From IMG/VR virus record IMGVR_UViG_3300017917_002740, positions 30,390 to 94,389 of that record: 64,000 bases of DNA; one strand, given 5' to 3'. The notes beneath the pieces were generated by a model. That model was not told where the DNA came from and did no database searches. It worked only from the letters and a program-made list of their open reading frames with translations. The stretch comes from a virus. The position numbers and the translations under genes are program-made. Shown here one piece after another: positions 11,601 to 20,766 of this stretch (its first letter is position 1; each line of letters begins with the position of its first letter).

Positions 11601-14600
11601 TCTCGTAAGGACCGTTTGAATCTGTGTAAGCAGCAAATTGTAAAACACGATAAACAGTATCACTGGTTTCACGAAGTTTTAAACCGGTCGATGGTCTTAC
11701 CGCAACGTTGACAAGATTACCAGTTAATAAAATTTGTCCATTATTACGTAAGGTCATCTTAGTACCGTCTGGTACTGCTGCATATAATCCTTCAGTTCCG
11801 CCACCTGTTCCTGTTGACAGATTAAGTCTGGACACACCTGGCGGCAAGTCTACAGTGGTAGCCGATACCACTGGATATCTAAACACAATGTTTCCATGAT
11901 CAATTTCAAGTTCTGAATTTGACAATGGTTCATAGTCGTAGTTTGTTACAAAAATAAACAGACCACCGATAACGTTTGCATAAGTTGGACTTGGGAAATA
12001 GCAGTCCACTCGCTGAGACATATCCTCAAATAATGTAGTAGGTGTTGGAACTTCTAATGGATCAGCACCTTCAGCAACCAACGCATAGACACCGTGAGCA
12101 CTTGATCCTCCCACAGAACGTATTTGACCACCTGTTACAGAGTAGTAAGAAATGTAACAGTAATATGTGAACATAGACACAAGTTCTAATAGTCCGCCGT
12201 TCATAGCAATTGCGCCATAGCCCATGTCGTTGATCTGTGTAAAGTCGTTGGCTAACATAGATCTATTACCAGGCATTAACAATTCATATTGATTACCTGT
12301 TTCGTTAACAAAATCAATAACTGATGTTTGTATTGAACTCTTAGAACTGGCTATTGATATTCTTGCATTTACGTTTGTTGTATTATAGGCATAGGCTCCT
12401 ATATCTGGCAGAACTTCGACTATAGAACTTTGTGCAGTAGCAAAATTATTAACACTGATTGCATTAGATATAGGTGTCATCAATGATGCAATTCTTGTGG
12501 CCTCTGTGGCAGTTGCTGGAGTACCTGTTGTTCTTGTCAATGTAGAGTACACAACCACTGGAGCAAGATTCTGTATAATTCTTTGTGCTATGGTGCTGGC
12601 ATAACTAATTGCAGATGCACATCGCGCTGGTTGACCTGCAGCCAACAAAGATACACCAGTTAGGTTATTATAATATTTTAAAGCTGCCCTTCTTGTGGCA
12701 GTGTTACCGCCATAGATCAAGTCATAGATTACAGCTTCAATAACATACAATGTGTCTCTTTGAGATTTAGAAACGTTAAAGGTGTCACCAGTTGCCCAAG
12801 GTGCTATATTTCCAGCTATCTGTGCTTGTATCCAACCGTTTACTTCTGCTACGATATAATTTCTGTTGGCCAACAACAATGTATAAGCGTTGGTTAAATT
12901 AGTCGAAAGTCCTGGAGGTAACGTATAAGTTAATGACGGAGCACCTGTAACACCTCTTTCGATAATGTCAACAATTGTCGAAGAACTTAAATCTACAATC
13001 TGTTGAACTGTGGTGTAAGCAGGAATAGTAGCTTTGGCCAGATCATGAGCTAACTCGATTGCATCAATAGTAATCTGTCTTTGATCTTGCAATACCACTT
13101 CGGCATTAGAAAGACGATAAGTTAATCCAGACAGTCTTGTATTGTAGTTTGTTCCGAATACAATGTCATACCCAAGACCGTCTATAATTAATCCTACGTC
13201 TCGAGAACATGCAGCCGAATCGTAAACAAATACATCGTAAGGCCATGGTGTTGATTCATCTAAGATAAATGTAGCACTGGATCCTGCTGGACTATACACA
13301 AAATCTCGAACATAGTTGATTCGATATACAGAGTCAGCAACAATAAAAGAACAAGGCAGTTGCGGGAATCTTGACAGTCTTGAAACTTCTAATCTTGTAG
13401 GAGTATCAACAACATCAATAGTAAATTGTAAGTTTCCAGCAAATCCGTCTGCGAACATACCGCCCGCAAAAGTCTGTCTATCTATAGATCTCGAAAAGCT
13501 GGCACACTCCTGAGCATAGGGCGACTTGGCAAGAATTTGACCCTCTGGATCAAGTACGCACATGAAGCCGCCGTGGCCCTGTGCAGTAATAGCCTGCCAA
13601 CGAACTGCGTCGTTAGCAAGGAAAACGTCCATTTGATTATTTTCTTTAGGATAGTTTACAGATCCTGATCCATCTATAACATCTTTCAGTGCATCGACTA
13701 AGTCTGCAATTACTGAGCCGCTTCCAAGTTCAGCCTGGAATGCTTGATCAATAACTTGATTAACTAATGTCTGTCTTACAGGAGTATATGCAGTATTATT
13801 AATAATGGCCTGCATTAACAAATTCATTTGAGTTAACACAGCCAAATATTGTGTCAACTGAGCTGTAATGGCTATTAAAGCACTTTGGCTTTCGTAGTAC
13901 TTTAGTCCTGCAGATATAGTTCTATTTTGTCCACCATACTTAAGATCAAATGCAAATGCGTCAACTAAAAGACCTGCATCTCTTTTACATAAAGTTACAT
14001 CATAATCAAAAGAAGTGTTAAACGGAGTAATATTGTTTACAATGTTGAAATTCATCCAAGCAATAATTTCTTCTTGAATAAATGTTCTGTTCAATTCTAA
14101 TAAGGCTGCTGCAGACTTATAGTCGCCTTTGTTGTCAATAGGCAGTCCAGTTGATGGTTTAACATAAACTGGTCTTGAGCTGTCTTGTAGATAATGATAT
14201 CCGAATTCTCTGTCAGCTACCGTTAGGCCGTCGATGACAAGATCTCTACGGAATTTTGTAAATGCCCAAGGGCTTGATGATGTACCGTTCTTTGGTCTAA
14301 AAATAACACGGCGGAATTCGTCACCAACAATAGATACGTTTTGTGGAACTTTTAATGGATAATTTTCGTAGTATTCGCCGCTTTCTACTAAAACTGTAAT
14401 TTGGACATTCTTTGTAACATCACCATAGGAAATAGTTTCTCCGACTTGGAAGTTACCGTACTTGATGTCAACATCAAATAATTCGTTACCACCGCTATCT
14501 AAACTTCCGTTGTGATTCAAAATTTGAGCCAATGCTCCAGAAGTATTTCCTTTTAAGAATAAACCTTCTCTGAGATCTCTGGTTCTCACAGCTTCTATGG

Positions 14601-16080
14601 TTGACGTAGTAACATCGCCAGTGAAGTCTGTTCTAAAGCCTGCAGTGAAAATAGCAAATCGAGGAAGGTCAACGTTTAGTGTTGGTAGAGAAGTAAAGCC
14701 TGATCCTTTGTCAGTGATAGTGATACTGATAATCTGACCGCTGTTAACCACCGCAGTACCAAATGCTCCTGTACCGCCACCTCCTGAAATTCTTACAGAT
14801 ACTAAACCGTATCCTGTACCTCTACCATCTACTCCATCTTCTGCAATGGTTTTAATTCTTACGCTGTTAACTCTGTAGGTTACATCGAATCGAGCACCAA
14901 ATCCTATAGGACCTGCTCCAATAGGAGATGCTGTAATAATACTAACTGGCACATTGTTTGAACCAGGTAGCACACTATATGCACCAGAACTAACAATTCT
15001 AAATGTTAAAATTTGTCCAGGAGTTGTAGAAGTTGTTAAAACTTCAATGCTACATTTTCCGCCACCGGATGAAATTGTTCCGCCTACTAATTCTAATACA
15101 TCACCTGGATAGTAGTTAGCACCTGGGTTGGCCAAATCTAATTCTACAGTATCCACGCTCATACTGAGAACACCTTGGAAACCAGAACCCGAAGCAGGTG
15201 CTGGAGTAATAGAAGTCAGTGTACACTCAGCTTGTCCGTTATTGTATGTTAGTGTTTTTCTATATGGACCGATATCCTGAGGAGCTTCTAAAATTATTTC
15301 TTCTGCACGTTTGAGTGCAGCTTCTAATGTTCTATACGCATATGCTAATGCACGACCCTGGAATGCTTTAGATACACCAGGTCTATCATCTTGACCCGAT
15401 GTTGCAACATATAAGTTTGCAACAGATCCAAACGCAGCATTGTCGACGTATCTTTTTGTAGCAGCAATTAAACCGCCATAAACTTCGTCGTCATCTGGCT
15501 CTGGATCTCTGGATAAAATCAATGGACCGCCCATACGACCAAATGCTGAATTAACATTACCTGTTTCTGGGTCTATGGCATTTACACCCTGTAAAGAAAC
15601 TTTGCCATCTGCATAGGCTTTGTTTACAGCTTCGTGTTTAAAAATGGGCTGTAAAGGAGTTCCAGTAGTTCCGAGATCTAATACTCTATATTGATTTCCA
15701 CCCGAACGAGCAGAAAGATTTCCACCTAATTGTGGACTGCTGTCAGCTGAAATTTCTGCGAAATCAGCGTTGATGGTAATTTCATTGGGGTTGGAAGCAA
15801 AATCAAGGCTAATACCATTACCAGGTCTTAGCTGTTTAAATGTTAATCCCGATTCGGTATTGTTAACAGTAACGACAGGAGTTGCATTAGTTACGCTATC
15901 GTTTTGTCCTACATAACTTGGGGGAGTATCGTCTAACGCTATAAAAGTTAATCTTTCTCCAAGACCCAAGGAACTATATAGTTCACGGAAATTATCGTTA
16001 ACCTTACGAAAGGAATCACGTATACTATCACCAGTGCCGTCATTACCAACTGCACCGATATCAATAATCTTTCTTGCCAT
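8614..16080 (-). CDS. Very large virion structural protein (baseplate/tail) with C-terminal intramolecular chaperone/peptidase-G2-like domain
   Basis: 2488 aa. gp9/10-like N-terminus IDIGAVGNDGTGDSIRDSFRKVNDNFRELY. C-terminus ADLAEYY..GTVLVFGG..VALQGRVPCRVVGKIQKGDLLVTS. Confidence 0.75.
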   Translation of the reverse strand: MARKIIDIGAVGNDGTGDSIRDSFRKVNDNFRELYSSLGLGERLTFIALDDTPPSYVGQNDSVTNATPVVTVNNTESGLTFKQLRPGNGISLDFASNPNEITINADFAEISADSSPQLGGNLSARSGGNQYRVLDLGTTGTPLQPIFKHEAVNKAYADGKVSLQGVNAIDPETGNVNSAFGRMGGPLILSRDPEPDDDEVYGGLIAATKRYVDNAAFGSVANLYVATSGQDDRPGVSKAFQGRALAYAYRTLEAALKRAEEIILEAPQDIGPYRKTLTYNNGQAECTLTSITPAPASGSGFQGVLSMSVDTVELDLANPGANYYPGDVLELVGGTISSGGGKCSIEVLTTSTTPGQILTFRIVSSGAYSVLPGSNNVPVSIITASPIGAGPIGFGARFDVTYRVNSVRIKTIAEDGVDGRGTGYGLVSVRISGGGGTGAFGTAVVNSGQIISITITDKGSGFTSLPTLNVDLPRFAIFTAGFRTDFTGDVTTSTIEAVRTRDLREGLFLKGNTSGALAQILNHNGSLDSGGNELFDVDIKYGNFQVGETISYGDVTKNVQITVLVESGEYYENYPLKVPQNVSIVGDEFRRVIFRPKNGTSSSPWAFTKFRRDLVIDGLTVADREFGYHYLQDSSRPVYVKPSTGLPIDNKGDYKSAAALLELNRTFIQEEIIAWMNFNIVNNITPFNTSFDYDVTLCKRDAGLLVDAFAFDLKYGGQNRTISAGLKYYESQSALIAITAQLTQYLAVLTQMNLLMQAIINNTAYTPVRQTLVNQVIDQAFQAELGSGSVIADLVDALKDVIDGSGSVNYPKENNQMDVFLANDAVRWQAITAQGHGGFMCVLDPEGQILAKSPYAQECASFSRSIDRQTFAGGMFADGFAGNLQFTIDVVDTPTRLEVSRLSRFPQLPCSFIVADSVYRINYVRDFVYSPAGSSATFILDESTPWPYDVFVYDSAACSRDVGLIIDGLGYDIVFGTNYNTRLSGLTYRLSNAEVVLQDQRQITIDAIELAHDLAKATIPAYTTVQQIVDLSSSTIVDIIERGVTGAPSLTYTLPPGLSTNLTNAYTLLLANRNYIVAEVNGWIQAQIAGNIAPWATGDTFNVSKSQRDTLYVIEAVIYDLIYGGNTATRRAALKYYNNLTGVSLLAAGQPARCASAISYASTIAQRIIQNLAPVVVYSTLTRTTGTPATATEATRIASLMTPISNAISVNNFATAQSSIVEVLPDIGAYAYNTTNVNARISIASSKSSIQTSVIDFVNETGNQYELLMPGNRSMLANDFTQINDMGYGAIAMNGGLLELVSMFTYYCYISYYSVTGGQIRSVGGSSAHGVYALVAEGADPLEVPTPTTLFEDMSQRVDCYFPSPTYANVIGGLFIFVTNYDYEPLSNSELEIDHGNIVFRYPVVSATTVDLPPGVSRLNLSTGTGGGTEGLYAAVPDGTKMTLRNNGQILLTGNLVNVAVRPSTGLKLRETSDTVYRVLQFAAYTDSNGPYEISISNSSPVSIRILETVTTINTDVCTTSRNHKLRIGDQFIPTSTANGFTAGTIYYIKTVPKYNQFTVALSPGGSTVTLTNGTGLTIKGARTHRMLENYTLIFSTTGSLPNPILPGEIYYVASTALTETEFSISATRFGNPLNTTTAGSGTHTFNMYGLTKTNLRENYNYVELTIWQPGEFVTSGAVCTISIASPAVITLSSHGFSAGDVVKFTTDGNLPSGINPSNNYFVLAAGLGLNSFRVSLTPGGLAADTTGTQSGTHRVGLVTGRAGDSAFAVVPVATQEISRVAGSKLVFKGEEYIVSTYEPETVTNEPYARVTLNRPLVDSIIQYGSSYTAKAAVAIRTTGSLGTLTIRISLTRVTSHDLLEIGTGSYADTNYPKEIYGQSVNPVNEDFETEERDVGRCFYVTTDQFGNFRVGPYFKVDQGTGTVTFSSSIALSNLDGIGFKRGVPVSEFSTDSGFTDNATDTVPTENAARIYIERRLGLTHDGAPVVDSQLIPVNTGGYMALDGQLGMKNNMNLNNNKIINLTNPTNPQDAVNLRSLTWANFQNFTGTNLDSADILVFTGSGNSSVNATVVGDLTFDLRPGVDSTLNQIDAQINPGVIINADVNASAAIAQSKLAMNAATTRANATGITQADRGLASFDSSVFDVTDGWVTVKPNGLVLPDLPQIATKTVLGNSTLGTANVTAVAFTTVVDDGGAIKKNQYSTTGFLRRTSSGSFSSDGDYTVVEAAAGTAAAPEASKIVIRDSNGDFGARVVDVSQLKVDNNISVDSTTTATGGVIRYYGWNGGGGVLVSNGSLAADKITYYDNDAHQFRTQNGLSLAPVTASQIQVTAITTGGNTTAGTITGRWTLTGTSPNESRLQATYSADLAEYYEGDKEYEVGTVLVFGGDKEVTISNKHHDTRVAGVVSNTAAFVMYDACPGHKNLVALQGRVPCRVVGKIQKGDLLVTSNIPGVAVSAGSNAAVGTVVGKALQTYDSDHIGTIEIAVGRT

Positions 16081-16152
16081 ATTATAATCCCAGAATGAGC
16101 AAATGCTCTAATATTTAGCCCAATATTTTAAAAGCCGAATGTAAATAAATGT

Positions 16153-16440
16153 ATGTTCTTAAAGATAGAAATTCAAGAAAATCAATATACAAGACGCAGT
16201 AAATGCGGTGTTGAACACAATTTTGTTAGAACAAAAACTGTGGCTGTTCTTCGTTGTGATAATTGCGATGAAACTTTTTATAGAGATCTAAAACATATGG
16301 ATCGTAAGAGACTCAGCAACAATTATTTTCATTGTTGTAAAAATTGTGATCCTAAGAAATTTGCTCAACGTAAAGGAGTTGAGCAGAAAAAAATATGGGA
16401 TATGCCTGCCAGCGTAGAGCTACCAGTTTCTAAATTCTAA
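16153..16440 (+). CDS. Small Cys-rich putative Zn-binding protein
   Basis: 95 aa with CDNC..CCKNC. A TAAATA box lies 5 nt before the ATG. Confidence 0.55.
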   Translation: MFLKIEIQENQYTRRSKCGVEHNFVRTKTVAVLRCDNCDETFYRDLKHMDRKRLSNNYFHCCKNCDPKKFAQRKGVEQKKIWDMPASVELPVSKF

Positions 16441-16756
16441 AACTTTCCCCGCAGCCGCAACGGTCTTTTTCAGCAGAATTACGAAATTCAAACCCTTCGT
16501 TTAGACCTTGCTTAACATAATCTATTTCTAATTCGTTGAAATAAGCCAAGTGTTTTTGATTGATATAAACACAGAAATTTTCAAATAATTTAGTATATCC
16601 GGGGTCAAGATTAGTTAAATCATCGAGGTATTCAAGAGTATAAGCCAAACCAGAGCAGCCTGTAGTTCGTACGCCAATAGAGATTCCTTTACCTTTGCCT
16701 CTTCGAGACAACTGTTCTTGAATTTTTTTAGCTGCTGTGCTTGTTACGGTAATCAT
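16430..16756 (-). CDS. iscA: A-type Fe-S carrier IscA/HesB
   Basis: TTGCSGLAY motif and C-terminal CGCGESF. Confidence 0.93.
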   Translation of the reverse strand: MITVTSTAAKKIQEQLSRRGKGKGISIGVRTTGCSGLAYTLEYLDDLTNLDPGYTKLFENFCVYINQKHLAYFNELEIDYVKQGLNEGFEFRNSAEKDRCGCGESFRI

Positions 16757-17114
16757 TTACTGCTGCTTTAATAGCGTCTTCTGCAAGGATAGAGCAATGA
16801 ATTTTAACTGGCGGCAGTGCTAACTCTTCTGCGATTGCTGAGTTTTTGATGGTTTCTGCTTGATCAAGAGTTTTTCCTTTGAGCCACTCTGTGACAAGAC
16901 TTGAGCTGGCGATTGCCGAGCCGCAGCCATACGTTTTAAATTTCGCATCTGTAATAATACCTGTAGCATCGTCCACCTTTATTTGTAGTTTCATAACATC
17001 ACCGCAGGCAGGAGCTCCTACCATTCCTGTGCCTACAGAATCGTCGCCCTTGTCAAAACTGCCAACATTGCGAGGATTTTCATAATGATCAATAACTTTA
17101 TCGCTATAAGCCAT
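16728..17114 (-). CDS. iscU: Fe-S scaffold protein IscU
   Basis: MAYSDKVIDHYENPRNVG, APACGDVM, YGCGSAIASSS and the LPPVKIHC motif. Confidence 0.96.
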   Translation of the reverse strand: MAYSDKVIDHYENPRNVGSFDKGDDSVGTGMVGAPACGDVMKLQIKVDDATGIITDAKFKTYGCGSAIASSSLVTEWLKGKTLDQAETIKNSAIAEELALPPVKIHCSILAEDAIKAAVNDYRNKHSS

Positions 17115-17115
17115 A

Positions 17116-17673
17116 TTATACTCCTAATCTAATGTCAACAACTTCCCAATTAATAATGCGCCAAATGTTTGCAAGATATTTGGCCTTGTCCTGTTGATAG
17201 TCTAAAGCCCAAGCGTGTTCCCAGGCATCAATTAACAGAGCAATTTTCATAGTCTTTTTGTATTCGTGATTGTGTATGGTATGTAAGTTTCCGTCGGTAT
17301 CCATGTAGATCCAGTTAGATCCTTGTGCAGCCATAAACTCTTTTTCTACAGCTTCTTTGAATTTATCAAAGCTGCCATACTTATCGTCTATTAAAGATTT
17401 ACTGAGCCCCTCGGGTTTATTGGCAGCTCTGGGCGGGGTCAAGTTTGCAAAGAAGATATTATGTAGCACTGCACCGCCGTAATTAAAATCAGGATCTCCT
17501 TCGCCTTTATTATAGCGTTCCGAATATTTGGCAGCCAGCCCATCGTAATGATACTTGATAGTATCTTCACTCATTACAGGCGCAAGTTCATCTTTACCAA
17601 ATTTTAGTTTATCTTGGTAAATTTCACGTTTGTCTACGGATTCGGTCAAACTTTTAATAAAATGTAAGGTCAT
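17116..17673 (-). CDS. sod: Fe/Mn superoxide dismutase
   Basis: Metal ligands present in IKYHY, LHNIFF and DAWEHAW. C-terminal YLANIWRIINW. Confidence 0.9.
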   Translation of the reverse strand: MTLHFIKSLTESVDKREIYQDKLKFGKDELAPVMSEDTIKYHYDGLAAKYSERYNKGEGDPDFNYGGAVLHNIFFANLTPPRAANKPEGLSKSLIDDKYGSFDKFKEAVEKEFMAAQGSNWIYMDTDGNLHTIHNHEYKKTMKIALLIDAWEHAWALDYQQDKAKYLANIWRIINWEVVDIRLGV

Positions 17674-17712
17674 ACCGTTATTTATTGTAAATAAAGCACA
17701 GGAGGATTTATC

Positions 17713-17907
17713 ATGTTTGGATTTTTAAAAAAGCTATTTGGTTCTGCCGATCTTAACAAAGACGGTAAAGTAGATGCCGCTGATGCTAAAGTTGCGGTTG
17801 AAGCTGTTAAAACTGAAGCTAAAGAAGTAGTTGCTAAAACTAAAACTACTGTTAAGAAAGCAGCCAACAAAGCTAAATCACAGCGTAAGCCAAAATCAAA
17901 GGCCTAA
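17713..17907 (+). CDS. Small protein with an EF-hand-like loop and a Lys-rich tail
   Basis: AGGAGG SD and an upstream TAAATA box. DLNKDGKVDAAD loop and basic C-terminus. Confidence 0.7.
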   Translation: MFGFLKKLFGSADLNKDGKVDAADAKVAVEAVKTEAKEVVAKTKTTVKKAANKAKSQRKPKSKA

Positions 17908-18924
17908 TAATTTAGCTTGTTCATAAAGTGCAAAGCTGGCCAAGTTTTTGGCTTTGCTTTCGCACATTATGTCTGCCACAGGTCTAAAACTCAGTGCCCA
18001 TTCATTTGCTGCGGTATTCCAGTAGAAATTTGAATGAGCTCTGAGTTTTGCTTTCTTGTGTCCGCTTTCCATTAGCGTATGAAGATTGGGAAGTTGCTCA
18101 TCGGGATGGCCAACAAGATGTTCTTCCCGTGATACAGAATAATGTATAACAGGACGCTGACCACGCCAGCTGTCAACAATCCTTTTAACACGGTCGTCAT
18201 TTGCTTCAATATATTCTCCAGTTTTAATCCAGTGATGATGTATGTCTAATACCAAAGCACAATCTTTGACTAATTCAAGGCTGTGTTCGATACCCCAAGT
18301 CATTTCATCGTTTTCGATAGTTAGTGTATTACGAGCTTCGGGTGTCATGCGAGCCAAGGCAGCTCGAATGCCATCGGGGCCACGGCGTCCTGCAATATGT
18401 ACGTTAATCTTAAAGTCTTGAAACGTTTTCCCATAGCCCATCCATCGAGCCATATCTACGTGATATTCAAATTCTTCAATAGAACGATTTACAATATCAT
18501 CTGACTCAGATGCCAACACGCAAAACTGCCCAGGATGAAAACTAACCCTAACATTCCTCTCGCGAGCCAAATTCCCCACACGCCCAAATGCTCTTTCACA
18601 ATAGGCTCGGACATCGGGAGTCCGCCAAAACCAACTCCAAGTTGGCTCAGTGTACACAGGAAGGCAATCGCTGCCGAGTCGTACCATTCTAAGATCTTCA
18701 TCAAGTTCTCCTACTCGTTCGACCAGTAGTCGAAACGATTCTATATTTTGTTCCATTAATGACCACAGTTTTTCTGTGGCTACGTCCTTACTTTGTCTAT
18801 TCAGCCAGGCTACAGTTGTAGATCCGGTGTTGTATTTTTTACAGTCGTCTTTGGGTTTAATACCATCTACTTGTGCAGGATGGTCAATCCATTTACAGGC
18901 AAAGCCAATTCTTTTAGGCATCAT
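17896..18924 (-). CDS. uvsE: UV damage endonuclease UvsE/UVDE
   Basis: RIGFAC, RLGSD, SFHPGQF, INVHI, TIENDE, LDIHHHW, RAHS and MCESKAKNLA motifs. Start probably at MMPKRIG. Confidence 0.9.
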   Translation of the reverse strand: MMPKRIGFACKWIDHPAQVDGIKPKDDCKKYNTGSTTVAWLNRQSKDVATEKLWSLMEQNIESFRLLVERVGELDEDLRMVRLGSDCLPVYTEPTWSWFWRTPDVRAYCERAFGRVGNLARERNVRVSFHPGQFCVLASESDDIVNRSIEEFEYHVDMARWMGYGKTFQDFKINVHIAGRRGPDGIRAALARMTPEARNTLTIENDEMTWGIEHSLELVKDCALVLDIHHHWIKTGEYIEANDDRVKRIVDSWRGQRPVIHYSVSREEHLVGHPDEQLPNLHTLMESGHKKAKLRAHSNFYWNTAANEWALSFRPVADIMCESKAKNLASFALYEQAKLLGL

Positions 18925-19117
18925 CACTTCCACAGTCTATGCGCCACGGACAGCGCATTAGTACATCAGTTGAACAGTCATCCTCACCCCAACATTCTGG
19001 GGGTTCAGACCCGCGAAGCTGTTTAATTTCAGCATGAATCATCCAACGGAACTCATTGTTTTGACCAGAATTGGCCAATCGAGCCTCTTTGTCTAACAGT
19101 TGTTGAATAGCAGTCAT
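18914..19117 (-). CDS. Hypothetical protein (Cys-containing C-terminus)
   Basis: 67 aa ORF directly behind a perfect sigma70 promoter. Confidence 0.6.
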   Translation of the reverse strand: MTAIQQLLDKEARLANSGQNNEFRWMIHAEIKQLRGSEPPECWGEDDCSTDVLMRCPWRIDCGSDDA

Positions 19118-19123
19118 ACTACT

Positions 19124-19152
19124 ATTATAACACTGTTAGTGCCAATTGTCAA
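19124..19152 (-). promoter_or_regulatory. Consensus sigma70 (early) promoter
   Basis: TTGACA (19147-19152), 17-nt spacer, TATAAT (19124-19129) on the minus strand. Confidence 0.85.
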
Positions 19153-19939
19153 CTACAAATTTATCCTGAACGTCTTGTGGTTTGGGTTCGCCGTGAAACA
19201 CAGTTACACAGCAGTCTGGATGCACTTCTACTGAGTGATCTGTTTCTTTGAACTGTCTTTTACCATTTAATACTACCAATTCTTCTCTACTACGTATTTC
19301 CCATTTGTAACTTTGGATCCATTCTTTGGGCCAAAATTTTATCTGTGTCTGGCATAGTTTCCAAATCCAATCTTGATCACCTTGAAGTTTTTGAGCTTCT
19401 TTGGGATTCTCTTTAAATTTTTCCCAGATATGATGCTGAGTACCGTGATTCCAAGCCATTACAGAACTATTCAAATATTTCCATGATGCATAAAATTTTC
19501 TGTTGAAATCGTGTATTCCTAAAAATTCTGTAGGATATATTTTGGCCAACTTGTCTATGTTGTTATGAATAACTACGTCTAAGTCGAAATAAAGAATTCT
19601 TCCCCGTAATGGTAATCTTGCATCAAACATATGAACCTTATGCCACCAACCCTTTTGATATTGTGCATTAGGTTGATAAATGGTAGTAACACCTTCAATG
19701 TGATGTTGATCGTCGGTTAAACAATAAAATTCGTAGGGTACAGTAAGATGTCGCGAAACCATATTTCGCAAACGTTCTACATATTCCTTACTATATCGAT
19801 TACCAAATCTTACGCAAAGAACATTAATTTTCTCAGTGGAGTTTCCAAATAGCTCTGATAAATCTTCTGGAGAACTATTACCTTTGGCTAATCTTTTTTC
19901 AGCTTTAAGCCTGCGCTTTTCTTCTTTTGACAATTCCAT
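19136..19939 (-). CDS. GT-A fold glycosyltransferase (GT8-like)
   Basis: DxD motif YFDLDVVI, plus NSSVM, GDQDWI and VFHGEPKP. Confidence 0.7.
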   Translation of the reverse strand: MELSKEEKRRLKAEKRLAKGNSSPEDLSELFGNSTEKINVLCVRFGNRYSKEYVERLRNMVSRHLTVPYEFYCLTDDQHHIEGVTTIYQPNAQYQKGWWHKVHMFDARLPLRGRILYFDLDVVIHNNIDKLAKIYPTEFLGIHDFNRKFYASWKYLNSSVMAWNHGTQHHIWEKFKENPKEAQKLQGDQDWIWKLCQTQIKFWPKEWIQSYKWEIRSREELVVLNGKRQFKETDHSVEVHPDCCVTVFHGEPKPQDVQDKFVVDNWH

Positions 19940-20744
19940 CGATTTCTATCAGTTCTTCCAAAATGTTGTAAAGATTATCAATTTTAATCATATTAGGTCC
20001 GTCGCTGGGAGCGTTATCTGGATCTTCGTGGCACTCCATGAAAATGCCTGCAACTGATCCGGTAGCTACAGCGGCCCTCGCCAAGTAGGGTACCATCTCG
20101 CGATCTCCGCCTGAGACTGTTCCCATTCCGCCAGGCTGCTGTACAGAATGTGTTGCATCAAAGACAACGGGATAACCAGTACGTTCCATAATAGGTAAAC
20201 TGCGCATGTCAACCACAAGATTATTGTATCCATGAGTATATCCTCTTTCACAAAGCATGATGCGTTCATTACCAGTTGATGCTATCTTGGCTGCAACGTT
20301 TTTCATATCATGCGGAGCAAGGAACTGTCCTTTTTTAATATTAATAGCTCGACCAGTATTTCCAGCAGCCAAAAGCAAGTCGGTCTGTCTGCAAAGAAAA
20401 GCAGGAATTTGTATAACATCAACTCCGGCATCTGCTATTAATTCTGCTTGATAGGATTCATGAATATCTGTAAGTACAGGAATACCAAACTCGTGTTTAA
20501 TTGAATTAAGTACCTTAAGGCCTTCATCGATACCTATTCCTCGTTTAGTTCCTATACTGCTTCTGTTGGCTTTATCGAAACTGCTTTTATAGATAAGATC
20601 AATATCTAATTTATCGCAGATATCTTTGATACGACCTGCAGTTTCTTCTGCATGATCTTGGCTTTCTATTTGACAGGGACCAGCAATGAGAAAAAATTTA
20701 TTTTCATTGCTGGCAACGATTCGGTTAATTGAAAATGTACGCAT
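19905..20744 (-). CDS. kdsA: 3-deoxy-D-manno-octulosonate 8-phosphate synthase
   Basis: IAGPCQIES, KSSFDKANRSS, QIPAFLCRQTDL, IKKGQF, DATHSVQ and SDGP motifs. Start revised to ATG 20744. Confidence 0.95.
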   Translation of the reverse strand: MRTFSINRIVASNENKFFLIAGPCQIESQDHAEETAGRIKDICDKLDIDLIYKSSFDKANRSSIGTKRGIGIDEGLKVLNSIKHEFGIPVLTDIHESYQAELIADAGVDVIQIPAFLCRQTDLLLAAGNTGRAINIKKGQFLAPHDMKNVAAKIASTGNERIMLCERGYTHGYNNLVVDMRSLPIMERTGYPVVFDATHSVQQPGGMGTVSGGDREMVPYLARAAVATGSVAGIFMECHEDPDNAPSDGPNMIKIDNLYNILEELIEIDGIVKRRKAQA

Positions 20745-20766
20745 ATAATTATTTATGCGGAAATTT

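Noticed and set aside
3836-13513. Many 60-170 aa plus-strand ORFs opposite the structural genes
   Set aside because: These are antisense shadows of long biased-codon genes, with no SD, promoter or recognisable motifs.
16430-20744. Bacterial chromosomal origin or contamination suggested by iscU, sod and kdsA
   Set aside because: These genes lack their usual operon partners (iscRS, hscBA, pyrG/eno), use phage TAAATA boxes and are embedded among virion genes.
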